A DNA stretch of 46,429 bases, the filler included, from Jimgerdemannia flammicorona (lineage: Eukaryota), in assembly GCA_003990765.1 (NCBI GenBank). It is 2 parts of 2 records of this genome, joined end to end, with 100 filler letters (N's around TTAATTAATTAA, not from the genome) between each part and the next. Parts side by side here need not be neighbours in the genome. Positions count along the whole stretch, not along the records: positions 1 to 23,167 come from RBNJ01001142.1; 1 more part is not named here. One strand, written 5' to 3'. Shown here piece after piece: positions 1-11,112 of this stretch. The notes beneath the pieces were generated by a model. That model saw nothing but the letters and a program-made list of their open reading frames with translations, had not been told where the DNA came from and did no database searches. How positions within the stretch are numbered: the first letter of the stretch is position 1; every line of letters begins with the position of its first letter. Both the position numbers and the translations under genes were made by a program.

Positions 1-3000
1 CTACCAAACTGCGATGTCGACCCCCTTGAGGACCCCAACCCACCCACCATCTAGTCAGCAGATCCCCAAACAGCCCCTCCCACCTTAATACCTTCTCTCG
101 CAGCCCCAACTGCTGCCCCTCCTCAAATACAAAAAACCAATGTCCCGCCAGTCCCACCCATACTGCTAATACCCACCCTACAGTGAGCCAACTATCCCCC
201 GCTCCACCCATAAGCTGAGATCTCAAGTCCACCCAGTGACCCCCCTCCCCCCCCAGCCTCTTCCCCACACCCAGTCTATCTCCTATTTCAGCCCAAAATT
301 CCCCCAAAACCTCACACTCTCCCAGCCAATATTCTGGCATCTGTACATGACCCTCAGCTCACCCAACATCATAACACTCCTCACAGTCAAATTGTCCACC
401 CTCGACCAAATGCCCCATATGGAAATTCAGCATGACATTCCTCCACAACATTCTCCACCATACCACCCAGTACTTGGGAGGAAGCCACCTCCATACCTCT
501 GCACTCCAAGACCAGATACCTGCCCAGTCCCACTCCTCGCCGATCCCTGCTGCCTGTCAGCCACTCGGCCAAAGATCCTGGCCAAACCCCTGCTGATACT
601 CAATATCGAACATAGCCAGTGGAGCACCCCCCTGGAGCAGTCTATCCCAATGCCACATATTAGGCCCCCACACCACCTCCCCCTCATTGCCTTGCCAGCA
701 CAGACCAATTCGGTGTGCTCTATCAGCCACTCCCCACCAAAATCCCTTAAACCACAGTCTCTGAATTCCATTCAATCCCACCAAAGAGAGCAGATCACCA
801 GAGGACTCTTGAGGAGATGTTCGCATCTCCCACACCTTCTGTAGCAGAGGCACCCAACCTCCTCCCTGCAGTTCTACTGCTCTCTTCAACCACCACACTT
901 GCAAGCAGTGTAGCCTCTTAGAGAAGTCCACCAGGCCAAGACCTCCCCTGACTACTGGTCTTGTAAGAGTATCCCAACTGACCTGGGATCTCCTCCCCAC
1001 CCAAATCCAATCCCTAGCAATCTTCGTCAGCTTCTTCACTATCCATACTAGGAAGTCGAGGTGATATGCCACATACCACAACTTGTGGAACCAATATACA
1101 TTCAGGATTGACACCTGCCCTGCTAGAGAGATATGGTGGCCTCCCCAACATCGAAGGGCCTCCCCCCAAATATTCACCCTAGTCTCCCACCACACTCATG
1201 GCAAGACAGAACCATATACAGAGAGGAAGATGTCCAGATACTGCACTACCTCACCAGTAGGGACAATTGTTCCAATGATGTCCCCACCTACTAACCCATT
1301 TCCTAAAACCATTGTCTCATACTTATGCTAGTTGAGCTTTGCCCCTGAGTGAGCCTCATACCATTCTACAGTCTCCTGAAGTGCCTCTACATCTGCCACA
1401 GACCCAAGGACAACCACCATATTATCTGCAAAGGCCCCCACCTTCCACACTATACCATATAAAGAGAGCCCTGCCATCTTCTAGCGAATCCAATCCATCA
1501 ACGGCTCCAGTGAAAGGGCATAGAGAATAGGGGACAGAGGGTCCCCCTGAGGAACTCCTCTTCCCAAGGGAAATGCCCTCTCACAGTGACCATTACACAT
1601 CAGAGCTGCCCGACTGCCAGCCAGCAGACTTAACATAGAGGTCCTAAATCTTATGGGCACACCAATTCGGTCCAATACCTTGCCCAGCCACACCCACTGT
1701 ACATGGTCGTAGGCCTTCTCCTGGTCCAAAAAGACCAATCTTCCATCCAGTCCACAGGCCTGGGCCCCTTCAATGACACCATGAACCCAGGCAGTCCTAT
1801 CTCTAATAAGTCTGCCCCCAATAAAGCCCTGCTGCTCCTCTCCCAGCACCTGTTGGGCAACTTTCTGCAGCCTTGCAACAATCACCTTAGTCACCATCTT
1901 CCTGTCTATATCCAGAAGCATGATCGGTCTCCAGTTCTTCCAATCTTCCCTCCTCCCCTTGTCTTTGTACAACAAGGCCACCAGCCCTAGATCCTGCTCT
2001 CCAACCCACTCACCACTCTGAAGGACATGGTCACAGAGAGCAGTCATCTCACCCACTACCCTGGGGACATTTACCATCTTCTTCCAGAAGTCCCATGGTA
2101 ATCCATCCTCCCCTGGTGCTGTCCCAAGTTTAGTTGCTGCCAGGATACTCTGGATCTCCTCTCTCTGCACCAGTAAGACCAAGTCTCCCAGACCAGCTAC
2201 TTGCAGCAGCTCCCACTCTTTAAGTGTATCTGCAATTCCTGCCTCATCAGCACCCCCTTCTCCCTCACTCCACAAACCCTGCCATCTCTCCTTCAGAACC
2301 CTTAAGATTCATTGTGTGCTATGTACTATGTCCCCATCATCATCCAGGACCCTATTCCACCAATGTCGCACCCTCTTAGCTTTGAGAAGTCTTGATAGGT
2401 ACCGAGTAGGCCACTCCCCCTCCTCAAGCCCCTGCCACCATAGCCTGGCAGCCATACCCTGCATTCATACCTCCTCCTCTTCCCTCAGCACCTGTTGTAG
2501 TTCCACTATCTCCAATTTCGCCCTCTCTATCCTCTAATCCTCCACCTCCACAATAGTGAGCAAATCTGCCCACTCCATTTGTAGTCTCCTCAGCCTGCTG
2601 GAAGCACACCTCGTGTGCCTCCTCCTCTGCCTCCCGGCCTCTCTTCCAGCCCCTCCCCAATAAACCCTCACAGCCTCTTTCAATCTCATCCAGTAGACTG
2701 CTACAGGCAAACCCTCACACCTCCAGATCAAAACTTTTGCCTGAATGTCCTCCTCCCACAATTCCCACAACCCCTTCTCAGCCAGCAGAGAGGAGTTAAG
2801 GCACCAATGTCTGGGTCCATCTCCACTCCCCCCAAACTGCCCCTGCCCCAATCGTCCCCAGTAATCAGACCATGGGCACCACTCTACTTCCAATGCCTTC
2901 CAAACATCCGAACCCCAGCACTCTGCCATCAGAATCCAGTCAATCCTTGTGCCCAAGCCATTCATCCAATGTGTGTAAACCCTGGCATCACCCCATCTTG

Positions 3001-3541
3001 TTCTGCCCATATCCCCCAAGGAGCTCAATGTCTCCACCTCCTCCTATGTATCCAGACCTTCACTTCTACCCCCAGCATTCCTTCCTCCATCAGTTCTGTC
3101 CAGATGCTGATCCCGAACCATATTGAAGTCCCCACTGAGAACATCAACCCCTTCCTCCAAGAGAATACCCTCCTCCAGCAGCCCCCTAATCCATGCAGTC
3201 CTCTCACCCCTAACTGCAGGGCAGTAGCAAGAGCCCACCCTCACCGATTCCCACCCTGGTCGATGCCACTCTCCCCAGACCAAGCGATCGCCCCAGCTCC
3301 TGATACCCCCCAAGTCTCCTCGGCCCCTCCTCACCAGAATCGCTACCTTTCCAAACCAAGCAGTAGCCCCACCCCATTCCCTAGTCCACTCAACCCGATT
3401 GTCCTCATCCTCACACTGAACATCCTGTAGTAAAAAGAGATCAGCCTCCAATCCCTTGAGCCAAGTAAAAATGTTCTTATGCTGCTCAGAGCCCCTTAAC
3501 CCATTCACATTCAAGGAGAAAATATTGGTTGTACTGTTCAT
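1..3541 (-). pseudogene. LINE A ORF2 (APE endonuclease, reverse transcriptase, C-terminal zinc knuckle), broken by stops and frameshifts
   Basis: SLNVNGL, LLQDV, GDFN, RIDW, SD(H>Y) for EN; APGEDG, NWRPIMLL, QQGF, FLDQEKAYD, GVPQGDPLSPILY, AFAD(D>N), YLDI, GGLGL for RT; CEEC...PEYWLGEC near 320-390. Confidence 0.93.
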
Positions 3542-3572
3542 AAAGAATAAGATTATATCATGGCCCCATCCT

Positions 3573-5609
3573 CTACAAGTCTGCATTCTGCTCCTCCTGC
3601 ACCAAGTCCAAGTCCCGTTCAGCAGCTAGTTCCCTCTCCCCAGCTTCCCTTGCTGCCAATACTCCAAGAAGTTCTACTATTGCCCCATCTTCACGCTCCT
3701 CAAAGTCCTCCTGATACTCCAGACAGGCCTCCTGCCAGAGCCTCAGGCCATGACACTCTGCCCAACAGTATGTCGCCCGCTCACCAGCAACCACCCCCAA
3801 CTCTGCCTTCCTCATCTCATCAACCTCATATCCCTCCTCCTCCAGGAAAATTGCCAAAATCTCCACCTTCAGTGCCTCCACCATTCCATCTCTGTACAGA
3901 ATCCATGCCTAATGCTCCTCAGGCATTGCCTGCAGGTCCACTTCCCCCAAAGCCTCTGCTGCAAGATTATCCATCACCTTATGCATCCACAACAAGTTCC
4001 CCACCTCCTTCCCTCCTGGAGTCCCTGGCCACCCTGCATCCAACATCATGGTGTCTGCTCCTATGCTAGTAGCCTCATCCCACTCCTCCTCAGGGACATC
4101 CACCAGCTCATCCTCACCAACTGCCACTACCTGACCCCCTTGCGCCACATCAGGGACCCCAAAGCACACCTGCTAGGCCCCCTGCATCCATGTATCCTCC
4201 ATCACCCCTCTCTTTCCAATTGGGCCCCTCCTGATAAGAGAGGGGAGGGTGGCATCCAACTCTGGCTCCCATACTTCGAAGGTACCATCAGTAAATGGGT
4301 CCTTGTCCAGCTTCTTCCCAGCCTCTGCCTCCTTCGTCTCTACCTCCTCTCCTTCTGTACCAGCCCAGACACTGGCCTTAATGCCTCCAGACTCCTCAGC
4401 TCCAACTGATGTCTTCTTCACCCCTCTCGTCATACTGGCCAACAGCTCCCTCTGCCTCTTGCATCTCTAGGCCCGCTCCCACTGCTTCTTGTCCATATGA
4501 ATACGCTTCCCGCCCACAACCTCCAGATGCGTCAACTCCTCATACAGTTTCCAGGCCTTCACCCTCCTCTCCACAGCACCACACAACTCCTCCAGCACCT
4601 CCAACAAGTCCTCCTCCTCCTCCTCACTCCCTTTCACCCTCAATACCTTGCAGACAATGGCCCCCCACATCAGCACCGAAGGCCAGTCACTTGTTTTCCC
4701 TGTGGCCTCCTTCTCTGCCAACCGAATCCTGACATCGACATCACCTGTCCTGATTGTGGTCCCCTCCTACACCTGAAAGCCTATGTCCACCACATCACCA
4801 TACTCTACCATCACCTCCTCTACCCTCCTCCTAGTCTCCTCCTTAGTCACCATGGGCACTCCCCTCACCAGCAGCTGCACCACCCTGGGGTCCCACCTCA
4901 AACATCGCATCATGGGGACCACCACCTCCCCAACTGCCACTCCAGCCCTCAGCATCTCTTCCAGTGGACCTGCTTCCTCAAAACCCACCTCAACCCCCTC
5001 CAAGCCCTTCAAGAACTTCACTGAGGCTGCCCCCACCACTTGCTTTGAAATCAGCCCCAGAACCATCCTTGCCATTACTGCCAAGCCTCGGAAGTACAAG
5101 GTAGCCACAAACTCCAAAATTGACTTCTTGAGTAATGGAGCCACTGCCAGTCCCATTACACCATCTGCCAGGTCCCCCTTCCACATCGGGAACCCCTGCC
5201 CCCCCTGGCCATCAGCTGTCACATCTCTTTTTTTTTCCTCCTGATTCACCATCACGCTACCATCAGCAGTCCCACCACCACCCTCAGCAGCTACTCCACT
5301 TCCCCCCCCTCCCACCGATGAAGGCCTAGCTCCCCCAGCATTCCCAGTCTTCTTCTTCCCCTTCCCTCCCATCTGTCCATTATGATCTCCCATCGGCCAG
5401 CCTCCTGTCCTCAGCGTGTCCACAAAGCTCCTTCCCTGCTGCCCTCCAGCCCTCCCCCCAATGCTACTTCCACTACCTGAGCTGCTCTGCCCACCTGAGC
5501 TACTGAAAGACCTCATCCCCAGTCCATACCCTCTTCCAACATGCTGCCAGTTGAAGGCCCCAGGTCCACCTGACCTAGTACATGCGTCGGCTTGCTTGCT
5601 AGTCAACAT
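3573..5609 (-). pseudogene. LINE A ORF1 (about 680 codons, Gly-rich N-terminus, acidic C-terminus), disrupted
   Basis: ORF-track fragments 4767-5720, 4467-4721, 4173-4442, 3909-4169 and 3573-3884 are collinear and homologous to ORF1 of copies C and D (for example LKKS..EF, WDPRVVQL, EYGD/E.VD.GF). Confidence 0.85.
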
Positions 5610-5694
5610 TGCCTTAGTATCTTTCTCCAATAAACACCTTGAAAGTGTGTTGTAAAAGTGTGTATAATGCGAATTGTAGCAGAGAAAGATATCA

Positions 5695-8600
5695 CATCTC
5701 ATCTGTTCACGCTCTTTCATTCTATTACATTTATCTTCTTCTCTCCAACCTCTACTCTCTTAAATATAACTATACTATTAATCACTATAGTCTATCTATA
5801 ACTCTTCTTACAAATTCTTCTCACTAGATACTAATAGTAATTACTCAGAGGGCTCCACCCCCTCTACCAACTAGATAGAATATTCACTATCAGTCTCTTT
5901 CTATCTCACTACTTTTCCCCCCAAAGCCATCTATTTTCTATTTTTAAATATATATAGTCAATATTAAGTCAATCTTATTTATATTGCTAATATTCACTTA
6001 ATAGTAAGCTATTTATTACTAATATATCCTATCAATTTCTCTTTTAAATCTCTCTATCTACTTTCTACTTCAACAATATTCTATCTCACTCTTAGATAGT
6101 CTCTAACCTTTCTCTAAAAGTCACTAAGTACCTTGTACTCTTCAAGCTAATATTTAGATATTTGTATAAACTCTTCTTTCTGCTCTATATTAAAGCAGTT
6201 CTCATACTCAAAACTTCTATCTATTATTAAATATTTTGACTAAAAGTTCAATATAATATTTCTCCTCAAGATATACTATCATATTACTCAGAACTTAGAA
6301 GGAAGTCATCACTATATCTCAGTACTCTAGCTTAGTCTCAAGTCTTATTAACTCTCACTAACTACTAATCTACTGACTACAAATTCTGATCTACTCTCTG
6401 CTGGTACTTGATATCTTCACTAATATTAAAGTCTACTAGCAGTATATTACTCAATAGGAGTCTATCCTACCTTCATATTTCAGAACTCTATTGGACCTTA
6501 TCCTCATCACTATAATAGTGTAAGCTAATATAGTGAGCACCTTTTACTACTCTTTACTAGAATCTCTAGTATTATGAGTACTTACTACTTCTCAATCCAA
6601 CTATAAATAGTAAGTTACCAGAGAAGTCTCTAGGGAAAAACCTTACCTTCTAGATCCTTTACATTAATAGTATCTATCTATCTCTCTGTAGCTCAATAGC
6701 TCTCTTCAATCACTAAGTCCTAAGGCTATATAATCTCTTTAGAAAGTCTACCAGACTGATCCCTCTCCTGCCCATCAGAGTTGCTAAGATCTCCTAGATT
6801 ATCTGACTCCTTCTCCTGATCCAAATTCAGTCCTTAGCTATCTTTAACAATCTCTTCACCACCTATATAGAAAAATTCAAGTAGTATACTAGATATCAGA
6901 GCTTTAGCAGCCAGTAGATATGTATTCAGAATCAATATCTATCTAGTAAGAGAAATATAGTATCTCTTCTAACTCTGAAGAATATTCCCCCATTCTACTA
7001 TCTTTCTTTTCTACTATATATCAATAGAAAGATACTCAGATAATATATATATCATCTCTTCTATAGGGACAATAGTTTCAAAAATATCTCCACCTACCAA
7101 ACCATTCTCTAGCACTATTGTCTCATACCAATCTATAGTCTCTCTTAGTATACCCACATTAGTAACAAAGCTAAGTCTAACTATTATATTATCTACAAAG
7201 ATCCCAATTTTTCAGACTACTCTTAGGACTGAAAGCTCTAATATCTTATAGTGAATCCTATCTATAAATAACTCCAATGACAGAATATATAAGATAGGAG
7301 ACAGGGGGTCTCTTTAGAGAACTTCTCTCTTTAATGAAAATATAGTATCTCATGATATTATATAAAATTACCACCTTACTATCCTCTAATAGACTAACTA
7401 TTAATACTTAGAACTAGTAAGAGATACTAATTCTCGTAAGTACTTTTTTTAGTCAGACTTATCAAATCTGATCATAGGCCTTTTTCTAATCTATAAAGAC
7501 CAATCTCTCATTCAGCCCACTAGCTCTTGCTTCCTCAATTATACTATATATCTAGACTGTCTCATCTCTAATCAGCTTACTACTAACAAAGCTCTATTTC
7601 TCAACTCCTAATATTTGTTAGGTCACTCTCTACAGCCTTATAATAATCACCTTAGTGACTAACTTCCTGTCTATATCTAGAAGTATAATCAGTCTCTAAT
7701 TCTTTCAATTTTCTCATCTGCTCTTATCTTTATATAATAGTGCTATCAGACTAAGGTTCTGCCCCCTGACCTACTCTCCAGTTATGAGAACAAAGCTGTA
7801 AAGTGCTATCATCTTCTTCAATACTCTCAGAACTCTTACTATCTTCTTCCAAAAGTCTTAGTATAGGTCATCCTCATCAGAAGTCATACTCAATTTTATA
7901 GTTAATAAGATATACTAAATTTCATTCTCTTGGACCAGCAAAATTAGATTCTCAAGATTATCAATCTATAGAGGATACCAATTCTTTAGAGAATGCTCAA
8001 TAGCTTTCTTATCTATACTCCCATCCTTCTTAATTTACAGATCTCTCTACTGATTCTTTAAAGAATCTAATATTTACTATGTTCTATTCACCAGAACACC
8101 TTTCTCATCCAATACTCTGTCTTACTGCTATCTCACTCTCTATATCTGAAGAAGTCTAGATAGATATCTAGTAGGCCTCTCATCCTTTTCAAGCCTCTAT
8201 CACTATAATTAAGCTATCATACTCTGAAACTCAAGCCTTCTCCTTCTCTCTCAATACTCTCTTTAACTCCTTTACCTCTATCTGAGCTTATTTCAATCTC
8301 TAATCAACTACTATCTCCTGGTCTAATATACTAGTCTATTTCAGTTGTAATCTCTCTAACTAATGAAAAGTCCACCTTATTCTCTATCTCTACTATATCT
8401 CTTAGAACCTGCCAGCCTCACTCTAGTATATCCTAGTAACCTTCTTCAACTTTATTTAATAGATCTCTACAGAGAACCTCTTATAATTCTAGTAGATAAT
8501 CTTTTATCCAATATCTCTCAAGCCTCCTATAACTCTAACTCTACTAGTAAAGAGAAATTGAAATACTAATATCCAGACCTATCTCTACTCTCTCTAAACT

Positions 8601-11074
8601 AACTATATCTCTTTAGCCCCTAATGATCTGACTATAGATACCACTCAATCTCCAGATCTATTCAGATATCTATTCTCCAGTAGTCAGCAGTCAATATCTA
8701 GTCAATTCTCATTTTAAGTTTATTTACTCAGTAGGTGTAAACCTATCTGTTCCCCCACAATACCCTGCTAGTATCCATCAAAGAACTTAGATACTCTACC
8801 TTTTCCCAGATATCCAGACTGCTATTTCTGCTTCCAGCACTTCTCCCTCTATTAGTTCTATCTAATAGTATATTTTATACTATATTAAAATCTCTACTAA
8901 GTATATCAACATCAGTCTCATCAAGTATACTATACTTACAAAGACCATCTATCTACTCTACTTATTTCTCTCTAATTGTAAAGTAATAACAAAAGCTAAT
9001 AACTACTGACTCTCACTCAGACTTCTGTCACTCTCTCCAAACTAAGTATTTCTCCCAATTTCTAATCTTACAAAGATCTCCTCTGCTCTTCCACATTAGC
9101 ATTTCCACCTTATCTCTCTAAACTGCCATACTGTCTCATTCTTTTACTCACTCTTGACTATCTAAGTCTCTCTTATAACACATATTCTATAATAGAAAAA
9201 GATTCATATCCAATCTTCTCAGCTAAGCAAAAATATTTCTATATCTTCCAGAGCCTCTCAGACTATTTATATAAAGATAATATTATAAAGCATTTCTAAT
9301 TCTCTTACAGTTCTATACTCATCTTCTTCTGAGCCAAGTCCAGACTACACTCTGCAATAGCCTCCTTCTCTTTAATCTTTCTAGCTTCCAATCTAGCCAG
9401 TATCTCAGCTATTGTCTTATTATTCTTTTTCTCTATCTTTTTCTGATATTCTTTATATATTATCTACTAAAGCTACAGTCGATACTATTGTTTCCACTAG
9501 AAGGTGGCTTATTCTCTAGCAGTTACTATCAATTTAGCTTTCTTATTATATCAATCTTATAATTCTTCTTCTCTAAGAATATAGCCAATATCTCTATTAT
9601 TAGCTTCTCTATTAGTCTATTATCTTACAGTACTCTTGCTTAGTAATCCTTACTGATAATTCTTAAGTCTAATTCCCCCAGCTTCTCTATAGTTATATTA
9701 TTTATCATTATACTTATTTAGTATAAGTTACTAATATTCTTCCCCTTAGGGGTTTTAGGTCTCTTCTCTTCTCTTATTATGACATCAGTACTGATACTTA
9801 CAGACTTATTCCACTTCTTATTCTGAATATTCTATAGCTTATTCTCTATGATTCCAACTATCTACCCTCTCTTTACTATATCAGACACTCTAAACTAGAT
9901 CCTGAATATATCTCTCATCTTTATATTCTTCATACTCTCTCTATTCTGAGTACTAGTCCTCATCTCTTGCTCCTTCTTCTCCTTCCAGACTTCAAGCACA
10001 CTATTATCATAGAGCTGCTGATTTCTGCTCTCTGTTATACTTCTCAATATCTCCTCTACTCTATCTTCAGTCTAAGTACTTGTCTTCACTCCTCTCAAGT
10101 CCTCCTCAGTTATAGTTACAGACCTTTTCTTCAAACCCATCAACAGATTCTTCTGTCTTCTCCTCTTCTGAGCCTTCTTCTATCATATCTTATCTATATA
10201 TATCCTCTTTTTATTTACTATCTCTAAGTATATTGATATCTTATAAGCTTATCATATTACTATCCTATACTCTACCACTCTATCAAGTTTCTCTAGAGCC
10301 TCTAGCAGATTCTTTTTCTCTTTCTCACTTCTCTTTACTTATAAATAAAAGCACTCTATATTATTACTAAAGATCAGTTATGAACCTTCCTAGTAGTCTT
10401 TCTCTCAGTAAGCTAGAGCTAGATATCTATATCTCTAGTTCTAAATAAAGTTCTCTTCCAGACCCTAAATCTAATGTCTACTATATTGCTATATTCTACT
10501 ATTACCTCCTCTATTCTTCTCCTTATCTTAACTACTATTACTATAGATATCTCTTTTACTAAAAGCTAAACAACTCTCAGATTCTATCTTAAGTATTATA
10601 TCATTAGTACTACTATCTTATCAAAAGCCAACCCAGTCTTCAAGGTCACCTTCAATGGCTTTACCTTTTTAAAACTCATCTCAACTCTCTCTAACTCTTA
10701 TAGAAACTTCACTGAAGCTACTCTAGTCATCTGCTTTATAATTAATCTCAAAACTATCTTAGTTATCACTACTAGCCCCTAAAAGTATAATATGATAGCA
10801 AATTTTGAGATCAACTTTTTGAGTAACAGAACTACTGCCAGATCTATCATATCTCTATTAGTTATCATATCTCTATCTCTAGCAGTAATTCTACTAGTCT
10901 CTATACTTATACTATCAGCCATTAGTCTACTAGACTCTTCAGTACTTATCTTATTCCTTATCTCAGCTCTACTATTTTATATATCTTTAGGCCAACTCTT
11001 TGTCTTTATCTTATTAATAAAACTCAATAAACTCTGCTCTCCTCTATCTATGCCCAGTAGCTAACTCTCACTCA

Positions 11075-11078
<4 letters not shown>
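5695..11078 (-). mobile_element. LINE copy B, main part (oldest, heavily AT-shifted); interrupted at 11078 by copy C
   Basis: Collinear with copy A (5821 to ~1, 6301 to ~481, 7290-7330 to the QGDPLS region) but saturated with C>T/G>A changes; no long minus-strand ORF survives; no poly(A) at its left end. Confidence 0.88.
11067..11078 (+). repeat. Target-site duplication of LINE C, left copy (CTCACTCAGCTC)
   Basis: Identical 12-mer at 22752-22763; may extend by up to 5 T into the poly(T). Confidence 0.9.

Positions 11079-11112
<34 letters not shown>

Larger units (their letters stand above)
1..5694 (-). mobile_element. LINE copy A (L1-clade non-LTR retrotransposon), near full length, decayed; 3' end runs off the window
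   Basis: Short 5'UTR, ORF1 (ATG 5609 to stop 3573), 31-bp spacer, then ORF2 from ATG 3541 with APE endonuclease and RT motifs. 5' boundary estimated by alignment with copy C, whose start is fixed by a TSD. Confidence 0.93.

Noticed and set aside
11067..11109. GAGCTGAGTGAG as a shared LINE 5' end, implying a HeT-A/TART-like head-to-tail telomeric array
   Set aside because: It is a TSD: B's ORF1 resumes at 22764, so the structure is nested. No telomeric repeat tract is visible.
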